DNA of 64,000 nt from an uncultured Chitinophagales bacterium (GCA_964642875.1 CAZXRF010000006.1:2578-66577), one strand, 5' to 3'. Counted from the first letter of the stretch, positions 28,005-38,048 are shown. Program-made: numbers and translations. Notes: generated by a model not told the origin, from the letters alone.

Positions 28005-29123
28005 TCATTTTTTATTGACGACAATTTTTAAAGCACCGCTTGTTTTCATTGTAGAGGTAAGGGACACATTTTGTATCTTTTTGCCGTCTTTCACTGTTAC
28101 TGATGCGGTATTTGGGGGTTCTTTTCCCAAATTAATAGCTTCTAATACCAAATAATTCTTCGTTTTATCTAATGTTACCGTAATAGATTTTTTTATTTTT
28201 GTCAGCAACACATTTTGCAATATTGGCTTTTTATTCAGATAGATATTTACAGAATCTCCATCTTCGGTATATCTATCCCAATATTCTATAATTATTACTG
28301 AATTACTTACTTCAATTTCGTCTTTTACTTGTACTTTGCGCGATTTCATTTCTTCCAAATCTTCAATCACCGGAGCACGGTCTTCATTTTTGGCTACAAT
28401 CTTTGTCTCTGATTTATTAAATTCTTCTACTTTTTCGGCTATATCTTGCTTAGTGGCTTGTTTTACTTCCTTTTCATGTTGGGCAATTAATTTTGCTGTA
28501 TCTATTGCTTTTGCGCTAGTAATAGTTTTGGTTGAAGTTATGGAGTCTGTTTTTTTAATACTCGGTTTTGTATTTGCCAGCATCTCTTCTAATGCTACTT
28601 TGTTTAATTTTTTTGTGATGGTAGCTTTATCCCATATTTTCTCAAATTCTGCAATTTCTGATTGATATTTTGCTTTATGTAAATAAGCGGAACGCAGGCA
28701 TTGAAACATATCTTTTTGTATATATTTTAATTTGCAAGCATTATTTCGTTGGTCTTGTTGCAACCAAGTATCTGTAAAAGTCAATTCTGTTTCATCATCA
28801 TTCAAATCAAATGTTCCGTTTAGGCAATCTATCCAATTGGATGCGCCGCTTTCTCGCAGCAATACTATCGTAGAAATTTCTAAGAATTTCTTATTACAAA
28901 TAAATCCGCTAATATTATATTCGCCATAGTAGTAGCTATCTGTGATGCGCAAACGGGCAGTAAAAATATTTCCGGGCGGTAATTTCTTTACATTTAACTG
29001 TGCATCGTAAGTATTATGTATATATTGAATAAAATTACCTGTCCATACGCCATCAATATCTTGCGCAGTAGAAGCAAAATAACTAATAAAAGAATACAAG
29101 AAATAGAGTGTGTATTTTTTCAC
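28005..29123 (-). CDS. Secreted hypothetical protein with a central Lys/Glu-rich linker
   Basis: 372 aa with a signal-like N-terminus, a charged middle ('HEKEVKQATKQDIAEKVEEFNK') and a beta-rich C-terminal ~100 aa. No family recognised. Confidence 0.65.
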   Translation of the reverse strand: MKKYTLYFLYSFISYFASTAQDIDGVWTGNFIQYIHNTYDAQLNVKKLPPGNIFTARLRITDSYYYGEYNISGFICNKKFLEISTIVLLRESGASNWIDCLNGTFDLNDDETELTFTDTWLQQDQRNNACKLKYIQKDMFQCLRSAYLHKAKYQSEIAEFEKIWDKATITKKLNKVALEEMLANTKPSIKKTDSITSTKTITSAKAIDTAKLIAQHEKEVKQATKQDIAEKVEEFNKSETKIVAKNEDRAPVIEDLEEMKSRKVQVKDEIEVSNSVIIIEYWDRYTEDGDSVNIYLNKKPILQNVLLTKIKKSITVTLDKTKNYLVLEAINLGKEPPNTASVTVKDGKKIQNVSLTSTMKTSGALKIVVNKK

Positions 29124-29192
29124 CTTACAAAATTACTAGAATAGATAGGTATTGAACAAAATTATTGCCAAACAAGTGTTAATAAAAAAACT

Positions 29193-29804
29193 TTATTCTA
29201 TTGTTTCATCATCTATTTGCTGCAAACATTCTTTGATATATTGCATTACTTCTTTTCCGCCTCTGTGTTTTTCTGCAGAAGTCTGAATCATCGGTGGCAG
29301 AGTCGTCCAATTTTCTAACATCTTAGTTTTAAATTGTTTAATATTCTTTTGTACTTCCATCCCACGCCCTTTATCAGTTTTTGTAAATATAATAGCAAAA
29401 GGGATTTTTATTTCGCCGAGCCATTCAATAAAATCTAAATCAATTTTTTGTGGGGAAATACTGGAATCAATTAATACAAATAACGTGAGCAATTGCAAAC
29501 GATTTGTAATGTAAAATTTTATCATTTTACTAAAAACCTCTCGTGTTGTTTTAGAAACCTTAGCATATCCATATCCGGGCAAATCCACTAAATGCCAGCT
29601 TTCATCTATCAAAAACAGGTTGATTGTTTGTGTTTTTCCTGGTGTTTGCGATACTTTTGCCAATTCACGCATACCTGTAATCAGGTTTATCAAAGAGGAT
29701 TTCCCTACATTGCTTCTGCCTATAAATGCAAATTCAGGAAGGTCTGTTTGCGGGCAATCATCGGTTTTAGGAAATGCCCCAATAAATTTTGCTGACTTTA
29801 TCAA
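29193..29804 (-). CDS. engB: Ribosome-biogenesis GTPase YihA/YsxC
   Basis: G1 'GRSNVGKSSLIN', 'DLPGYGYA' and 'TKTDK'. Confidence 0.93.
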   Translation of the reverse strand: MIKSAKFIGAFPKTDDCPQTDLPEFAFIGRSNVGKSSLINLITGMRELAKVSQTPGKTQTINLFLIDESWHLVDLPGYGYAKVSKTTREVFSKMIKFYITNRLQLLTLFVLIDSSISPQKIDLDFIEWLGEIKIPFAIIFTKTDKGRGMEVQKNIKQFKTKMLENWTTLPPMIQTSAEKHRGGKEVMQYIKECLQQIDDETIE

Positions 29805-29843
29805 GTTGAATATTTAATAATGCAAAGATGAGTAGTATTTTCC

Positions 29844-29851
29844 TAATTTTG
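29844..29851 (+). promoter_or_regulatory. Candidate -7 box (TAATTTTG) for the men operon
   Basis: Exact TAnnTTTG, 16 nt upstream of the menF TTG start at 29868. Confidence 0.35.
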
Positions 29852-29867
29852 TCCATAAATCGTATTA

Positions 29868-30959
29868 TTGAAAGATATTGTATTTAATATAGCACGCATT
29901 TTACTACAAAAACAAATTGCTTTTTGTATTTATCGTTTCCCAAAAGAGGAAACACTTAGGCTTGCTATTGCTCAAGGTATCCTAACGCCTAAATCTAAAA
30001 AACTATGGATTGCTCCCTTTATCAATACCTCTAAAGCTGAACCAGTTTTTTTAGATGTGATAAACACAGATGAAATAAATAATGATTTTGCAAATACGTT
30101 AAAATTAATACCACAAAAAGAAAATACTTACAAAATAATTTTACCGAAAGAAACAAGCAAAGCAGAATATTTCACGTCCTTAGATGCTTTTTTAGATGAT
30201 ATTCATTCTGGAAAATTAGATAAGGCTATTTTATCAAGAGTGATACTGCAAAACAAACCGGAGCACTTTGAGGTTTTAGCTTGTTTTGAAGAAATTTGCA
30301 CCACATATCCCGATACTTTTTCTCACCTTTCTTTATTGCCAAATTCAGAAATTTGGCTGGGTGCTACACCAGAGTTATTATTAAACAAAGAGGGTAATAC
30401 CATTCGCACCATGACTTTAGCCGGAACGCAGGCGCGCCGTGATGACAGTAATTATATTTGGGGGAAAAAAGAATTGGAAGAACACACCATGACGGGGCTG
30501 CATATCGAAAATAACATCACAAAATCTAAAGGCGAGATATTGTCCAAGAACGAAAATCCATATACAATAGAATCTGGAAAAGTGGCGCACTTGCGCACCG
30601 ACTATATCTTTAAAACACCTATAGATTTCAATTTAACTGCATTTATAAAAACACTGCATCCTACACCGGCAGTAGGTGGTCTTCCGGTGGCAAATGGATT
30701 GCAATGCATTGCAGCTCATGAAGGCTACGACAGAACCTATTACTGCGGCATTATTGGGGAAACGGACTTCAATACAACAGCAAAATTATTTGTTAACTTG
30801 CGTTGTATGCAAATCGGTGAAAACAAAATTGCAATTTATGTAGGCGGTGGCATTACTTCGGCATCTATACCCGAAGATGAATGGCAGGAAACCATATTAA
30901 AAAGCAAAACTATGATAGAAATAATACAACCTAAAACCCCAATTTCAATTTTGCATTAA
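29868..30959 (+). CDS. menF: Isochorismate synthase
   Basis: 363 aa chorismate-binding C-terminus ('LHPTPAVGG', 'YCG..G', 'VGGGITSAS.PEDEW.ET..K'). TTG start. Confidence 0.88.
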   Translation: MKDIVFNIARILLQKQIAFCIYRFPKEETLRLAIAQGILTPKSKKLWIAPFINTSKAEPVFLDVINTDEINNDFANTLKLIPQKENTYKIILPKETSKAEYFTSLDAFLDDIHSGKLDKAILSRVILQNKPEHFEVLACFEEICTTYPDTFSHLSLLPNSEIWLGATPELLLNKEGNTIRTMTLAGTQARRDDSNYIWGKKELEEHTMTGLHIENNITKSKGEILSKNENPYTIESGKVAHLRTDYIFKTPIDFNLTAFIKTLHPTPAVGGLPVANGLQCIAAHEGYDRTYYCGIIGETDFNTTAKLFVNLRCMQIGENKIAIYVGGGITSASIPEDEWQETILKSKTMIEIIQPKTPISILH

Positions 30960-30990
30960 ATTAAAATACACTTCAAAAATTTTATTTTAA

Positions 30991-32682
30991 ATGATATTAT
31001 CAAATAAAAAAGGAGTTCAGCATATTGTATTAGCATTGGCCGAGTTAGGAATAAAAGAAGTGATTATTTGTCCTGGTTCGAGAAATGCACCACTAGTAAT
31101 TTCATTCAATCGACATCCTAACTTTAATTGTACCAGCATAAGAGATGAACGAAGTGCCGGATTTTTTGCTTTAGGAAAAGCTATCGAATCCAAACAACCT
31201 GTAGCTTTAGTCTGCACCAGCGGCTCGGCTGTTTTAAATTTTGCACCTGCTATTGTTGAAGCTTTTTATCAACGAATACCGTTAATAATAATTACTGCTG
31301 ACCGCCCAATTGAATGGGTAGATCAAGGGGATGGACAAACAATAAAACAACATGAAATTTATAACAACTATATTAGAAAAAGCTACACTTTAGATGGTGA
31401 TTCCGCAGACGTACAAAAAATATGGCATATAGAGCGAAGTATCAGCGAAGGAATTTCAATCGCTACATCAACAAATAAAGGTCCGGTGCATTTCAATATT
31501 TCATTGAGTGAGCCTTTATATAAAACAGAAGAATTAAAATCTAACACTTCCGTTTCTATATTTAAAACTTCGATTACACAAGAAATTATTTGCGACGAAC
31601 AACTCCAAGTTTTTGCTACACAATTTTCTTTCCACAAAAAAATATTGTTTTTAGTCGGGCAGCTGCCAACTGACAAAGAATTAGAATCGCTGTTAATACA
31701 TTTTGCAAAACAAGATAACGTAATTGTACTAACTGAATCCACTTCAAATGTACATCATCCTGATTTTATAGAAAACATAGATAGATGTATTACAAACATA
31801 AATGATGAAACAGCAAAAGCTTTAATGCCCGATTTATTAATTACAATTGGAGGTGCTATTGTATCTAAAAGAATAAAAAGTTTGCTGCGAAAATTCCGCC
31901 CAACTGCGCATTGGAATATTCATCCGTATGACGCCACAATGGATACCTATCAATCGCTCACAACTGCAATATCCATGCAGCCTACAGCATTTTTAACGTC
32001 GCTGAGTGAATACCATATTCCTGTAAATTCAGATTATAAAAACAACTGGCAAAATTTACAGCAAAAGAAAATAACACTACAACAAGAATTTGAATTAACT
32101 GCACCTTACAGCGATTTTAAAGTTTTTCAAAAAATACTTTCAACAATTCCAAAAGACACGGTATTACATGTTGCCAATAGTTCTCCCATCAGATATGTGC
32201 AATTATTCGACAATTCAGCTATTGCAGAAACGTGGAGTAACAGAGGCACCAGTGGCATTGATGGATGCACAAGTACTGCAATGGGTGCAGCGGCAGCGGC
32301 TCCAGTAAAATCATTTGTTTTAATTACAGGAGATGTTTCCTTCCAATATGATGTAAACGCACTTTGGAATGACAAACAAATTGAAAATTTAAAAATCATT
32401 GTCATCAACAATGGCGGCGGTGGAATATTCAGGATTATTGAAGGCCCAAATTCTATTGAGGAAAGAAGTGAATTTTTGGAAACCGAAATGACTACACATT
32501 TTGCACATATAGCACAACATTTTTCTTGGAATTATATACATGCAAAAGATGAGCAAACATTAAATGAGGCGCTACTTTATTTTTTTAATACCAATAACAA
32601 AAGAATTATTTTAGAGATATTTACAGATGCAATCACCAATCCTGTTGTATTAGCAGATTATTGGAAACATTTAAAAGATTAA
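30991..32682 (+). CDS. menD: SEPHCHC synthase (ThDP-dependent)
   Basis: 563 aa with 'ICPGSRNAPL', 'DERSAGFFALG' and the ThDP motif 'GDVSFQYDVNAL...NNGGGGIF'. Confidence 0.93.
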   Translation: MILSNKKGVQHIVLALAELGIKEVIICPGSRNAPLVISFNRHPNFNCTSIRDERSAGFFALGKAIESKQPVALVCTSGSAVLNFAPAIVEAFYQRIPLIIITADRPIEWVDQGDGQTIKQHEIYNNYIRKSYTLDGDSADVQKIWHIERSISEGISIATSTNKGPVHFNISLSEPLYKTEELKSNTSVSIFKTSITQEIICDEQLQVFATQFSFHKKILFLVGQLPTDKELESLLIHFAKQDNVIVLTESTSNVHHPDFIENIDRCITNINDETAKALMPDLLITIGGAIVSKRIKSLLRKFRPTAHWNIHPYDATMDTYQSLTTAISMQPTAFLTSLSEYHIPVNSDYKNNWQNLQQKKITLQQEFELTAPYSDFKVFQKILSTIPKDTVLHVANSSPIRYVQLFDNSAIAETWSNRGTSGIDGCTSTAMGAAAAAPVKSFVLITGDVSFQYDVNALWNDKQIENLKIIVINNGGGGIFRIIEGPNSIEERSEFLETEMTTHFAHIAQHFSWNYIHAKDEQTLNEALLYFFNTNNKRIILEIFTDAITNPVVLADYWKHLKD

Positions 32683-32693
32683 AAATAAAAACA

Positions 32694-33536
32694 ATGGAAA
32701 AATTAACTTGGGAAACCATAAAAGAATATCAAGATATTACATTTCGGAAGTGCAATGGTGTAGCCAGAATTGCATTTAACCGACCGGAAGTACGCAATGC
32801 ATTTCGTCCGGAGACTGTTTCAGAATTACAAGAAGCACTACATATTTGCCACGAATCTCTAGAAATAGGTGTGGTATTGATAAGTGGTGAAGGACCATCT
32901 CCAAAAGACGGCGGCTGGGCATTTTGTTCCGGCGGTGACCAAAGGGTACGCTCCAAAACTGGCTACAAAGGCGGCGATGGTATTAATCGTTTTAATATTT
33001 TAGATGTGCAGCGACAAATCCGTTTTATGAATAAGGTAGTAATTGCGGTAGTTCCAGGCTGGGCAGTTGGCGGCGGGCATAGTTTACACGTTGTTTGTGA
33101 TTTGACTTTAGCAAGTAAAGAACACGCCATCTTTAAACAGACAGATGTAAATGTTGCCAGCATTGACGGTGGTTATGGCTCTGCATACTTAGCAAGAATG
33201 GTAGGACAAAAACGAGCTAGAGAAATTTTCTTTTTAGGAAAATCATATACTGCACAAGAAGCGTTTGAAATGGGCATGGTAAATGCAGTTGTACCACATG
33301 ATGAGTTAGAAAATACGGCGTATGAGTGGGCACAAGAAATTTTAAGCAAAAGCCCGACCGCTATAAAAATGACAAAATTTGCATTCAATTTAATTGATGA
33401 TGGATTGGTAGGACAACAAGTATATGCGGGCGAAGCAACAAGATTAATATATGGCACCGAGGAAGCGGAAGAAGGTAGAAATGCTTTCTTAGAAAAACGT
33501 GATCCTGATTTTAAAAAATTCCCTAAATTTCCATAA
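32694..33536 (+). CDS. menB: 1,4-dihydroxy-2-naphthoyl-CoA synthase
   Basis: Crotonase fold with 'RPEVRNAFRP', 'FCSGGDQ' and 'GWAVGGGH'. I prefer the ATG at 32694 (MEKLTWE), which avoids the overlap with menD. Confidence 0.95.
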   Translation: MEKLTWETIKEYQDITFRKCNGVARIAFNRPEVRNAFRPETVSELQEALHICHESLEIGVVLISGEGPSPKDGGWAFCSGGDQRVRSKTGYKGGDGINRFNILDVQRQIRFMNKVVIAVVPGWAVGGGHSLHVVCDLTLASKEHAIFKQTDVNVASIDGGYGSAYLARMVGQKRAREIFFLGKSYTAQEAFEMGMVNAVVPHDELENTAYEWAQEILSKSPTAIKMTKFAFNLIDDGLVGQQVYAGEATRLIYGTEEAEEGRNAFLEKRDPDFKKFPKFP

Positions 33537-33545
33537 AGAGAAAAC

Positions 33546-34448
33546 ATGGCTTCTACTTCGACTTGGCTTACTGCATTTCGGTTAAATACACTTCCGTTAT
33601 CTTTATCCACTGTAATTTTGGGGAGTTTTTTGGCGGCTTATCAGCATCAATTTAATGGTGTAGTGATGTTAGTAGCAATTATAACAACGTTGTTTTTACA
33701 AATTTTGAGCAACTTAGCAAATGATTATGGCGATGCTGAAAGTGGCGTGGATAACCCTGACAGATTAGGCCCTAAGCGAGGATTACAATCAGGTGCTATA
33801 AGCAAAGAAAGCATGAAAAAAGCAATTGTAATTTTTATTTTATTGTCTTTAATTTCCGGTATATACTTGATTATTGAAGGCACTAAAGGTATTGCATTTT
33901 CAAATGGAGTTATTCTATTTTTTATTGGAATAGCCGCAATTATTGCTGCATTAAAATATACAATGGGTGAAAACCCCTATGGATACTCAGGGCTTGGCGA
34001 TTTGTTTGTTTTTATTTTCTTTGGATGCGTAGGCGTTTTAGGTACTTATTTCTTGCACACTCATCAATTGCCCTTTAAAGAATTTTTACCTGCAATTTCG
34101 ATGGGTTGTTTTAGCACTGGCGTTTTAAATCTAAATAATCTTCGCGACAGAGTGAATGATGCTGCATATAACAAAAGGACTATTGTAGTAAAATTAGGGT
34201 TACAAAATGCTAAATATTACCACGCTATACTTTTAACTGTTGGTATGTTGTCAGCTATTATTTTTACCGCCATAACACCTGCTTCTATATGGAAATGGCT
34301 ATACCTTATTGCATTTGTAGGAATAATTAGAAGTATAGTAATAGTAATGAAAAACGAAGCCCCAAAAGCATTAGAACCGGAATTAAAAAAATTAGCTTTA
34401 AGTACTTTGTTATTCTCCATTTTGTTTGGTAGTGGTTTATTATTATAA
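33546..34448 (+). CDS. menA: 1,4-dihydroxy-2-naphthoate polyprenyltransferase
   Basis: 300 aa polytopic UbiA-family protein with 'LANDYGDAESG' and 'NNLRD'. Confidence 0.92.
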   Translation: MASTSTWLTAFRLNTLPLSLSTVILGSFLAAYQHQFNGVVMLVAIITTLFLQILSNLANDYGDAESGVDNPDRLGPKRGLQSGAISKESMKKAIVIFILLSLISGIYLIIEGTKGIAFSNGVILFFIGIAAIIAALKYTMGENPYGYSGLGDLFVFIFFGCVGVLGTYFLHTHQLPFKEFLPAISMGCFSTGVLNLNNLRDRVNDAAYNKRTIVVKLGLQNAKYYHAILLTVGMLSAIIFTAITPASIWKWLYLIAFVGIIRSIVIVMKNEAPKALEPELKKLALSTLLFSILFGSGLLL

Positions 34449-34464
34449 ATAAAGAATGAAGTAA

Positions 34465-35505
34465 ATGCAATGTTATTACCAAAAATATACGCTTCATTTT
34501 AAAATACCTGCCGGTACTTCCAGAAACACGCTGCATACCAAAGATACTTATTTCATTTTTTTACAAAACGGCAATAAAACAGCAGTAGGCGAATGCAATT
34601 TATTTGCAGGATTATCTTATGATGACCGACCAGAATATGAGAATAAATTAGCAGAAATTTGCCGACGATTGCCGTTTGAAAAAGAAGGTTGTTTGAATGA
34701 ATTGAAAATATTTCCTTCCATTTATTTTGGCGTTGAAACTGTTTTAAAAGATTATAACAATGGATGTAAACAACAGATTTTCCCGGAAGTTATAAACGAA
34801 GATGGATTTTCTGTTCCTATAAACGGCTTAATTTGGATGGGAACTCAAGCATCTATGCAGCAACAAATAGCACAAAAATTAGACGCCGGATATACCTCAA
34901 TAAAATTAAAAATTGGAGCAATAGATTTCGAAACAGAATTAGCATTAATAAAATATATACGCAAACAATTTCCGGAAAAAGAAGTAGAAGTACGCTTAGA
35001 TGCAAATGGCGCATTCAATCCATTGGAAGCAATAGAAAAACTAAACCAATTAGCAGAATTTAACATCAGTTATATAGAGCAACCGATAATGGCGGGGCAA
35101 TGGCAAGAAATGGCAAAATTAGTCGAAAAATCGCCGATTAATATTGCTTTAGATGAAGAATTAATCGGTATTATTACAGAAGAAAAGCAAGCCGCATTAC
35201 TCCAAACGATACAGCCTGATTTGTTGGTTTTAAAGCCTGCACTTATCGGCGGATTGGATGCTTGCACTGCATGGAAAAAGAAGATAAAAGCAATACATGG
35301 AGATTGGATAATTACTTCCGCTTTGGAAAGTAATATAGGACTTAATGCCATTGCGCAATATGCTGCCTTAGAGCATTGTAATTATGCACAGGGCTTAGGC
35401 ACCGGACAATTATATACCAATAACATTCCGTCGCCATATACTGTGGATGCGAGGGGTTTGCATTACCACACCAATAAAAGCTGGAATTTCTCAACATTGC
35501 AATGA
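34465..35505 (+). CDS. menC: o-Succinylbenzoate synthase (enolase superfamily)
   Basis: 346 aa with 'SIKLKIG', 'VRLDANGAF' and 'YIEQP', in men-cluster context. Confidence 0.88.
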   Translation: MQCYYQKYTLHFKIPAGTSRNTLHTKDTYFIFLQNGNKTAVGECNLFAGLSYDDRPEYENKLAEICRRLPFEKEGCLNELKIFPSIYFGVETVLKDYNNGCKQQIFPEVINEDGFSVPINGLIWMGTQASMQQQIAQKLDAGYTSIKLKIGAIDFETELALIKYIRKQFPEKEVEVRLDANGAFNPLEAIEKLNQLAEFNISYIEQPIMAGQWQEMAKLVEKSPINIALDEELIGIITEEKQAALLQTIQPDLLVLKPALIGGLDACTAWKKKIKAIHGDWIITSALESNIGLNAIAQYAALEHCNYAQGLGTGQLYTNNIPSPYTVDARGLHYHTNKSWNFSTLQ

Positions 35506-36566
35506 CACACTTAGACTACATAGACTTACACTTAAATGGACATGTATTAAAAGGTAATGCCATTGTTGAATTTTGCAAAAATAGCACATTGCAAAACGAG
35601 ATAGATTTAGGAATTTTCATGGCAAATTGGTTAGATTCAAATCCCAATATAGAAGTACAAACAAGTGGCTCTACTGGCACACCAAAAATTATAGCAGTAC
35701 AAAAAAAACAGCTACTGCAAAGTGCCGCTGCTACTGCAAAATTCTTCAATTTTTCGGCAGGAGAAGTTGCGGCATTAGCATTGCCGATAAAATATATTGC
35801 CGGAAAAATGATGGTAGTTCGTGCACTATACAGCAAGTTGCATTTAAAAACAATTGAGCCTACAAGCCATCCGTTCGATTTTATTTCTAAAGATGAAAAA
35901 ATAGATTTTTTACCTTTAACTCCAATGCAATTACAAGATGTAACGAACACTAAAAATGTACAAAAAATTCTATTAGGTGGAGCACCAATCAGCGAGGTGT
36001 TAGAACAAGAATTACAGACATTAAAAGCAGACATATATCATGGATATGGTATGACGGAAACGCTCAGCCATGTTGCGCTTCGGAAAGTAAATGGCAAAGA
36101 CAAGACTCCATATTACACCGCTTTGCCCGGCGTTAATTTTTATGTAAATAACAAAGAATGTTTATGTATTCATGTTCCATTTTTACCTCATCCAGTTGTT
36201 ACCAATGACCTTGTAGAATTACTAAACAAAACTACATTTATTTGGAAAGGTAGGGCAGACCATGTTATCATCAGCGGAGGCATAAAATTATTTCCAGAGC
36301 TTCTAGAAAATAAATTGGCAGCCTATATTCCATGCGCATTTTTCATTTCATCTATTTCAGATATTGTTTTAGGTGAAAAGTTATGCTTAGTTATTGAAGC
36401 AAAGCAATATTCAGAAGAGCAATTAAATCAATTAAAAGAACTACTTCAGCAGCATTTGGAAAAATTAGAAATTCCAAAATTTATTTATTTCCAAAAACCA
36501 TTTATATATACACAAAGTGGGAAAATACAACGAAAACAAACGATGCAACTATTAGATAGCAGATAA
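35502..36566 (+). CDS. menE: o-Succinylbenzoate-CoA ligase, short form
   Basis: 354 aa with the adenylate-forming motifs 'TSGSTGTPK' (residues 54-62), 'YGMTE' and 'SGKIQRK'. There is a 4-nt ATGA overlap with menC. Confidence 0.85.
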   Translation: MTHLDYIDLHLNGHVLKGNAIVEFCKNSTLQNEIDLGIFMANWLDSNPNIEVQTSGSTGTPKIIAVQKKQLLQSAAATAKFFNFSAGEVAALALPIKYIAGKMMVVRALYSKLHLKTIEPTSHPFDFISKDEKIDFLPLTPMQLQDVTNTKNVQKILLGGAPISEVLEQELQTLKADIYHGYGMTETLSHVALRKVNGKDKTPYYTALPGVNFYVNNKECLCIHVPFLPHPVVTNDLVELLNKTTFIWKGRADHVIISGGIKLFPELLENKLAAYIPCAFFISSISDIVLGEKLCLVIEAKQYSEEQLNQLKELLQQHLEKLEIPKFIYFQKPFIYTQSGKIQRKQTMQLLDSR

Positions 36567-36649
36567 ATGCCATTTATTTCACATAAAAATAGAGCGTTTA
36601 CCGTTCTAACGTCGTATTTTTATACCGATTTATCTTATTTATATATTGC

Positions 36650-37366
36650 ATGAGTACACCATTAACTCCATATAATTCGGGCGAAAGCAAAAAACAACAG
36701 GTAGCTACTATGTTTAACAACGTAGCCGGCACTTACGATTTTTTAAATCATTTTTTTTCTGTAGGTATAGATAAACTGTGGCGAAGAAAATTAGTAAGAC
36801 TTATTGGACAAAATCAGCCTAAAATAATATTGGATGTGGCGACTGGCACAGCAGATTTAGCAATTGCCGAAACCAAATTAAATCCAGAAAAAATAATTGG
36901 AATTGATATTTCAGAAAACATGTTGGCAGTTGGGCGCGAGAAAATTAAACCCTATCCCAACGTTGAATTACAATTGGGCGATGGCGAGCATTTGCAATTT
37001 GCCGACGAAACTTTTGATGCCGTAAGTGTATCTTTTGGGATTCGCAATTTTGAAAATGTACTTGCCGGACTTATTGAAATGCGACGCGTGCTAAAAACAA
37101 ATGGAAAGTTATATGTATTAGAATTTTCAAAACCGAAAAATTGGTTGGTACAAAAGCTATACTATTTCTATTTTTGTAACGTTTTACCATTTGTTGGCAA
37201 GATAGTTTCTAAAGATGCACGCGCATACAGCTACCTTCCGGAAAGTGTGCGATTATTTCCGGATGGTGCACAGTTTGTAAAATTATTAGAAGAAGCCGGC
37301 TATAAAAATATTATATGCAAAACATTGACATTCGGAATAAGCACTATATATATTGCAGAAAAATAA
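36650..37366 (+). CDS. ubiE: Demethylmenaquinone methyltransferase
   Basis: 238 aa with 'YDFLNHFFSVGIDKLWRR' and 'ILDVATGTADLA'. Confidence 0.95.
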   Translation: MSTPLTPYNSGESKKQQVATMFNNVAGTYDFLNHFFSVGIDKLWRRKLVRLIGQNQPKIILDVATGTADLAIAETKLNPEKIIGIDISENMLAVGREKIKPYPNVELQLGDGEHLQFADETFDAVSVSFGIRNFENVLAGLIEMRRVLKTNGKLYVLEFSKPKNWLVQKLYYFYFCNVLPFVGKIVSKDARAYSYLPESVRLFPDGAQFVKLLEEAGYKNIICKTLTFGISTIYIAEK

Positions 37367-38043
37367 TTCTAGCACTAATTTTATTGTGCCATGCAGGGTT
37401 GTATGCGCAACGCAATGTAATGGAAAACGATTTGAAATTTGCTCGAAAACCATACCATTTCGGTATTCACTTAGCTTCCGGATTTGGAGATTTTAAAATA
37501 AAACATGGTACTCAATTTGCTACAAGCGACAGCATTTTATCAATTAAATCTAAATATGATGTAAACTTTGAAATTGCAGCTTTAATTAGTTACCACATCA
37601 ACAAATATGTAGAATTGAGAACGATGCCGGGTTTTTTATTTTCTAATAAAAGTATTTCTTACGAATTTGGAGATGCTACATTTAAGAAAAAATCAACGCC
37701 GCAAGTGTATTTTGATTTACCGGTAGAAATAAAAATAAAATCTGAACCGCTTAAAGATATTAAATTATATATGGTGGCGGGGTTAAAATATGGGTATGAT
37801 GTAGGTTCAAATTTTAAAGACAGAAGAAAACCAGACCAGCCTATACAAAAACCCAATGATTTTGGGGTAAACTATGGTGTAGGTATCGAAATACATTTTC
37901 CATTATTTATTCTGTCGCCAGAATTTAAAATGTACAATTCATTCTTAAATATCCATCAAGGAAATGATGCGCTACCTTATTCAAAATATATAAAAGGACT
38001 GTACAACCGCAATTTTATATTTTCTATTAATTTTGAAGGATAA
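37315..38043 (+). CDS. porT: PorT/SprT-family outer-membrane beta-barrel protein (type IX secretion / gliding)
   Basis: 242 aa with the signal 'ILALILLCHAGLYAQ' and a beta-barrel pattern ('YHFGIHLASGFGDFKI', C-terminal 'FIFSINFEG'). The ubiE-porT adjacency is recalled as typical for Bacteroidota. Not searched. Confidence 0.6.
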   Translation: MQNIDIRNKHYIYCRKIILALILLCHAGLYAQRNVMENDLKFARKPYHFGIHLASGFGDFKIKHGTQFATSDSILSIKSKYDVNFEIAALISYHINKYVELRTMPGFLFSNKSISYEFGDATFKKKSTPQVYFDLPVEIKIKSEPLKDIKLYMVAGLKYGYDVGSNFKDRRKPDQPIQKPNDFGVNYGVGIEIHFPLFILSPEFKMYNSFLNIHQGNDALPYSKYIKGLYNRNFIFSINFEG

Positions 38044-38048
38044 CAAAT

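Noticed and set aside
33173-33610. 145-aa ORF antisense to menB/menA.
   Set aside because: Same reasoning as the menE antisense ORF. It is the mirror frame of a highly conserved crotonase gene and has no independent signals.
35516-36034. 172-aa ORF antisense to menE.
   Set aside because: It is fully embedded opposite a well-supported gene. Its Cys/Ser/Phe/Asn-rich composition is typical of the reverse frame of AT-rich coding DNA. It has no promoter-like box or recognisable motif.
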